Shown here: positions 61,255-64,000 of the stretch, one piece after another
How positions within the stretch are numbered: the first letter of the stretch is position 1
Layout of the letters: every line of letters begins with the position of its first letter
Assembly (NCBI GenBank): GCA_043228905.1
Contig: JBHGNT010000004.1
Span: 11,470,001-11,534,000, forward strand
DNA length: 64,000 nucleotides
Direction of reading: 5' to 3'
DNA from: Azolla caroliniana
Lineage: Eukaryota; Plantae; Polypodiophyta
Program-made: the position numbers and the translations under genes
The notes under the pieces: model-generated
Databases searched by the model: none
Told to the model about the DNA's origin: nothing
The model's input: the letters and a program-made list of their open reading frames with translations, nothing else

Positions 61255-64000
61255 GTCCTCTACGCCTAAGCCGCAAGCGATGCAACGTGCTTGAACAATC
61301 TGGTGCTCCGAGTCCAGGTGTTTTGGTTACTCTTTCGGCTTCGATATTGTGTAACTCGACGGCTGTCTCAACATCATGCTTGTTGAATTCCTGCATGACT
61401 CAGTTAATTTCTTCTTTAAAATAAGCCGCCATGTCATATAGATCCTTAGCAATATCTTCCTGAACTGTGGTCATTGCTTCCTCCGACATCTTGAGGAAGC
61501 CTTTGCGCTGAACTTTCCTATTTTCTCTGTCGGCTCTTAATAGCTGAAGCTCCGTGGCTTGCGCCGACCATGTTTGCCAACCCTTCTCCAACGATTCATT
61601 GACCAATTTTAAGGTGTTAATTCGGTGACATCTAATGATCGCTTGAACCCTGTCCTAGGTCATTCTAGCCTCAAACTGTGTTGTTGCCAATGTTTTCCAC
61701 AAATCAATGATTACCTCATTGGTATGTCCTTCTGGCTGCATCAGTTTAGCCTTTTCTCGGAGACCGTTTTAATTTCTGCACATCGGTTTTCCAGCTTCGC
61801 TTTCTCTTCATTCTAGTCATTCTACTGCTGAATCATTTTTTCGTTGATTTCGTCTATCAATTTGTCTTTACCAGCCAACTGTGTTGTAAAACAAGTCTCT
61901 TGGCTCTTGACATACTCTTCCAGTTCCTCGACTTGGTGCCTTGTAGCCTCTTGCTGTTGGGCTAACTGTCGGCGTAATTCTTGTATCACATTATCTTTTT
62001 CCCCCAAACATGTGCCGACTGCCATTTTTGCCGACCGTAATTGAGCCTCCATTTCCCTAGACCTGTCTTCGGTCTTTCTACCTCTCTTCGTGCTTTTTCG
62101 GCTTGGTTCAACCTCTTTTGTAATTCCGAATCCGTCTCCAAAGGTTGTCTTTGTGACTCTGGCTGTAATATCTGTTCTCTCGCTTTTTCTAGAGCCACTT
62201 GTTCTTCTTGCATTTTATTTTTGAACTATTGATTTTCTACCTGCGTCCGTTTATATTGCGCATTAAGCACATCTGCAGCTCTTATAGCCTGTTTGTATAA
62301 TTCAGCCATATCCCTGGTTGCTCTGCTAGCCTTTTCATATTCTCGGTGGACTTCCACCAGTGCCTCATGTAATGGTGGTATCTGAATGGCTTCACCTCTA
62401 TTTTTAGCATTTCGTTGTTGACCAATTCTATCCACTTCCGCTTGCTCGTTGGGTTCGACAGCTCCACATAATGACTTTTGGATCATTATTTGATCTCTAT
62501 GCTCTTGCACCATTCTTTTCAACACTTCTTGAAGTCTTTTAGCTAACCAATCTACTAGTTCATATGATGTTTTGAACTGCAGAATGGCAGCTAGCTCATA
62601 TGTTGCTGTCGGGATGTCGGAAAAACTGAGTGCCTCTTGCACTGTTGCCGTTGATGCCTGCCCTTTTTGAACTCGTGATGTGTCATCTGGATTGACATGA
62701 GGTACTTGTGTGCTTTGGGAGGCTTGATCGTTAGTTCTCTTTTTCTTTTGCACAGGTTGTTCTTGCTCTAGTCTAGAATATCTTTGGGACCGTTGTTTCA
62801 CCGTGCGTTGCTTCGGCAGTTGTTGGTCAATGTCGACTCGTCTTGATTCCTATTGTTGTGAGGGTTGCTCGTCTGTCGTCCCGTGTTGGTGCATCCTCTG
62901 TGGTTGAAACTCCGGTTGTTGAGTCGGCGGTTGTTGGGCAGGTTCGGGTTCCGATATCGACTGTTGTTGTTCCGATTCTTGTTGTTGCCTTGGGTCCGGT
63001 TGGTCAAATTCGGTCTGATTGGTATCATCATGCGTTGATTCTTCTTCCCTCCACTCTTTCCGTTGGACTTGTCGTCGGGTTCGGGATGACTGTACCTGAG
63101 GCGGCCGTCGCACCTCTGATCGGTTTTCCGGTTCTAAAGTCGGAAATAATACCAATAACCAACCAGCAAAAATCGGCTTCATTGGTTTTCACTTCGGAAC
63201 TCCATTCAGTTGCTCTCTCAGAGCATCTGCCGACAGTAGGCCCCAAACGAAAGCTTCACCTTCATAAGCGGCGATGATAAATCCGGCCCTCTTCTTGGGC
63301 ATACAGTAGAATCTCGGACTAACAAACCCTACTTCCAATAAAAAATTTGCAACTTCATGAAAAAACACGTCCCTACCTCCTTGTGTTGGATACGCTTTGG
63401 CAGAGGGCGAATATTCACCGAAATAGGACCGCAGACCATCCTCTGTGACCTTGTTGACAGCGTCGAACCCACCTCTTGGCATCTCCAACACGACTCTTAC
63501 CTTCTTATTAGTGATCATCGAGACATCGATTTCTGCCAACAATGCTTCCGCGTTCGGGTGCGACTCTGCTTCTGCTACTTTCAAAAATCCCTGTAACTTA
63601 TTGCGAACGAGCCAGCAGCGCAAGTTATCAAATACAACAATTGGCATGTTGTCGTCGTCAATTGACAGATCGTCACTTTGTGGTGGCGGTAAGAAACGTT
63701 GTGGGCTATGGCGAATAAAATTAGAAAACTTGTGACCTCAAATGCGTTTCTACTTCTGTGGTGAAACAGTCATTATAGAAATAGGTTTTAAGAGATTAAT
63801 TTTTTGCATGATGCCTAGGGAATTAAAGTACTATTAATGTGGTAATGACTAGGCGCACTAGTGGAGTAATGGCTAGAAATAGTAATAATGACTAATAGAA
63901 ATATGCCTCCACTACTTTTACATATAGCCTTTTGAAATTACTCCAAGAATCTCTTCGTGACAGTTAGTTATGATTTGGCAAGAAAATATTCTATAGTTAG
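61255..64000 (-). mobile_element. Partial D-like Gypsy element (degenerate extra ORF and its upstream spacer)
   Basis: QGFLKVAEAESHP, YFGEYSPSAKAY, IPPLHEALVEVH and WQTWSAQATELQLLRAD; 63760-63830 matches 28005-28090. Confidence 0.85.

Overview
Eukaryotic, gene-free stack of nested transposons, most likely from a non-seed land plant (inferred from the Tcn1-like chromovirus, plant Copia and Athila-like elements, and plant KCS and PPR fragments). An old Athila-like Ty3/Gypsy element (A', 4223-~42200, +) carries these insertions: a Tcn1-like chromovirus (1-4222, -), a gene-carrying non-autonomous LTR element (5794-~7889, -), a gag-only LTR element (9027-12651), a 10-kb Sola2-type DNA transposon with cargo genes (14062-24110), a related Gypsy element D (24334-37821, -, itself holding a Copia) and a probable solo LTR. 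A second Copia (~42207-61254) holds a KCS-carrying non-autonomous LTR element (44365-47200), a solo LTR and a young, nearly intact Gypsy element A (51001-61013). Main observation: all four Athila-like or associated elements whose 3' LTR boundary is visible lack a polypurine tract. In its place each has a sense-strand tRNA 3'-half mimic (GTGGGTTCGA, an inserted covarying hairpin, then CCCACGGGYRTGCCA) ending 2-3 nt before the 3' LTR, which suggests an undescribed tRNA-based plus-strand priming mechanism. Coordinates were read by eye and may be off by a few bases. No database searches were run, so family names come from recognised motifs.
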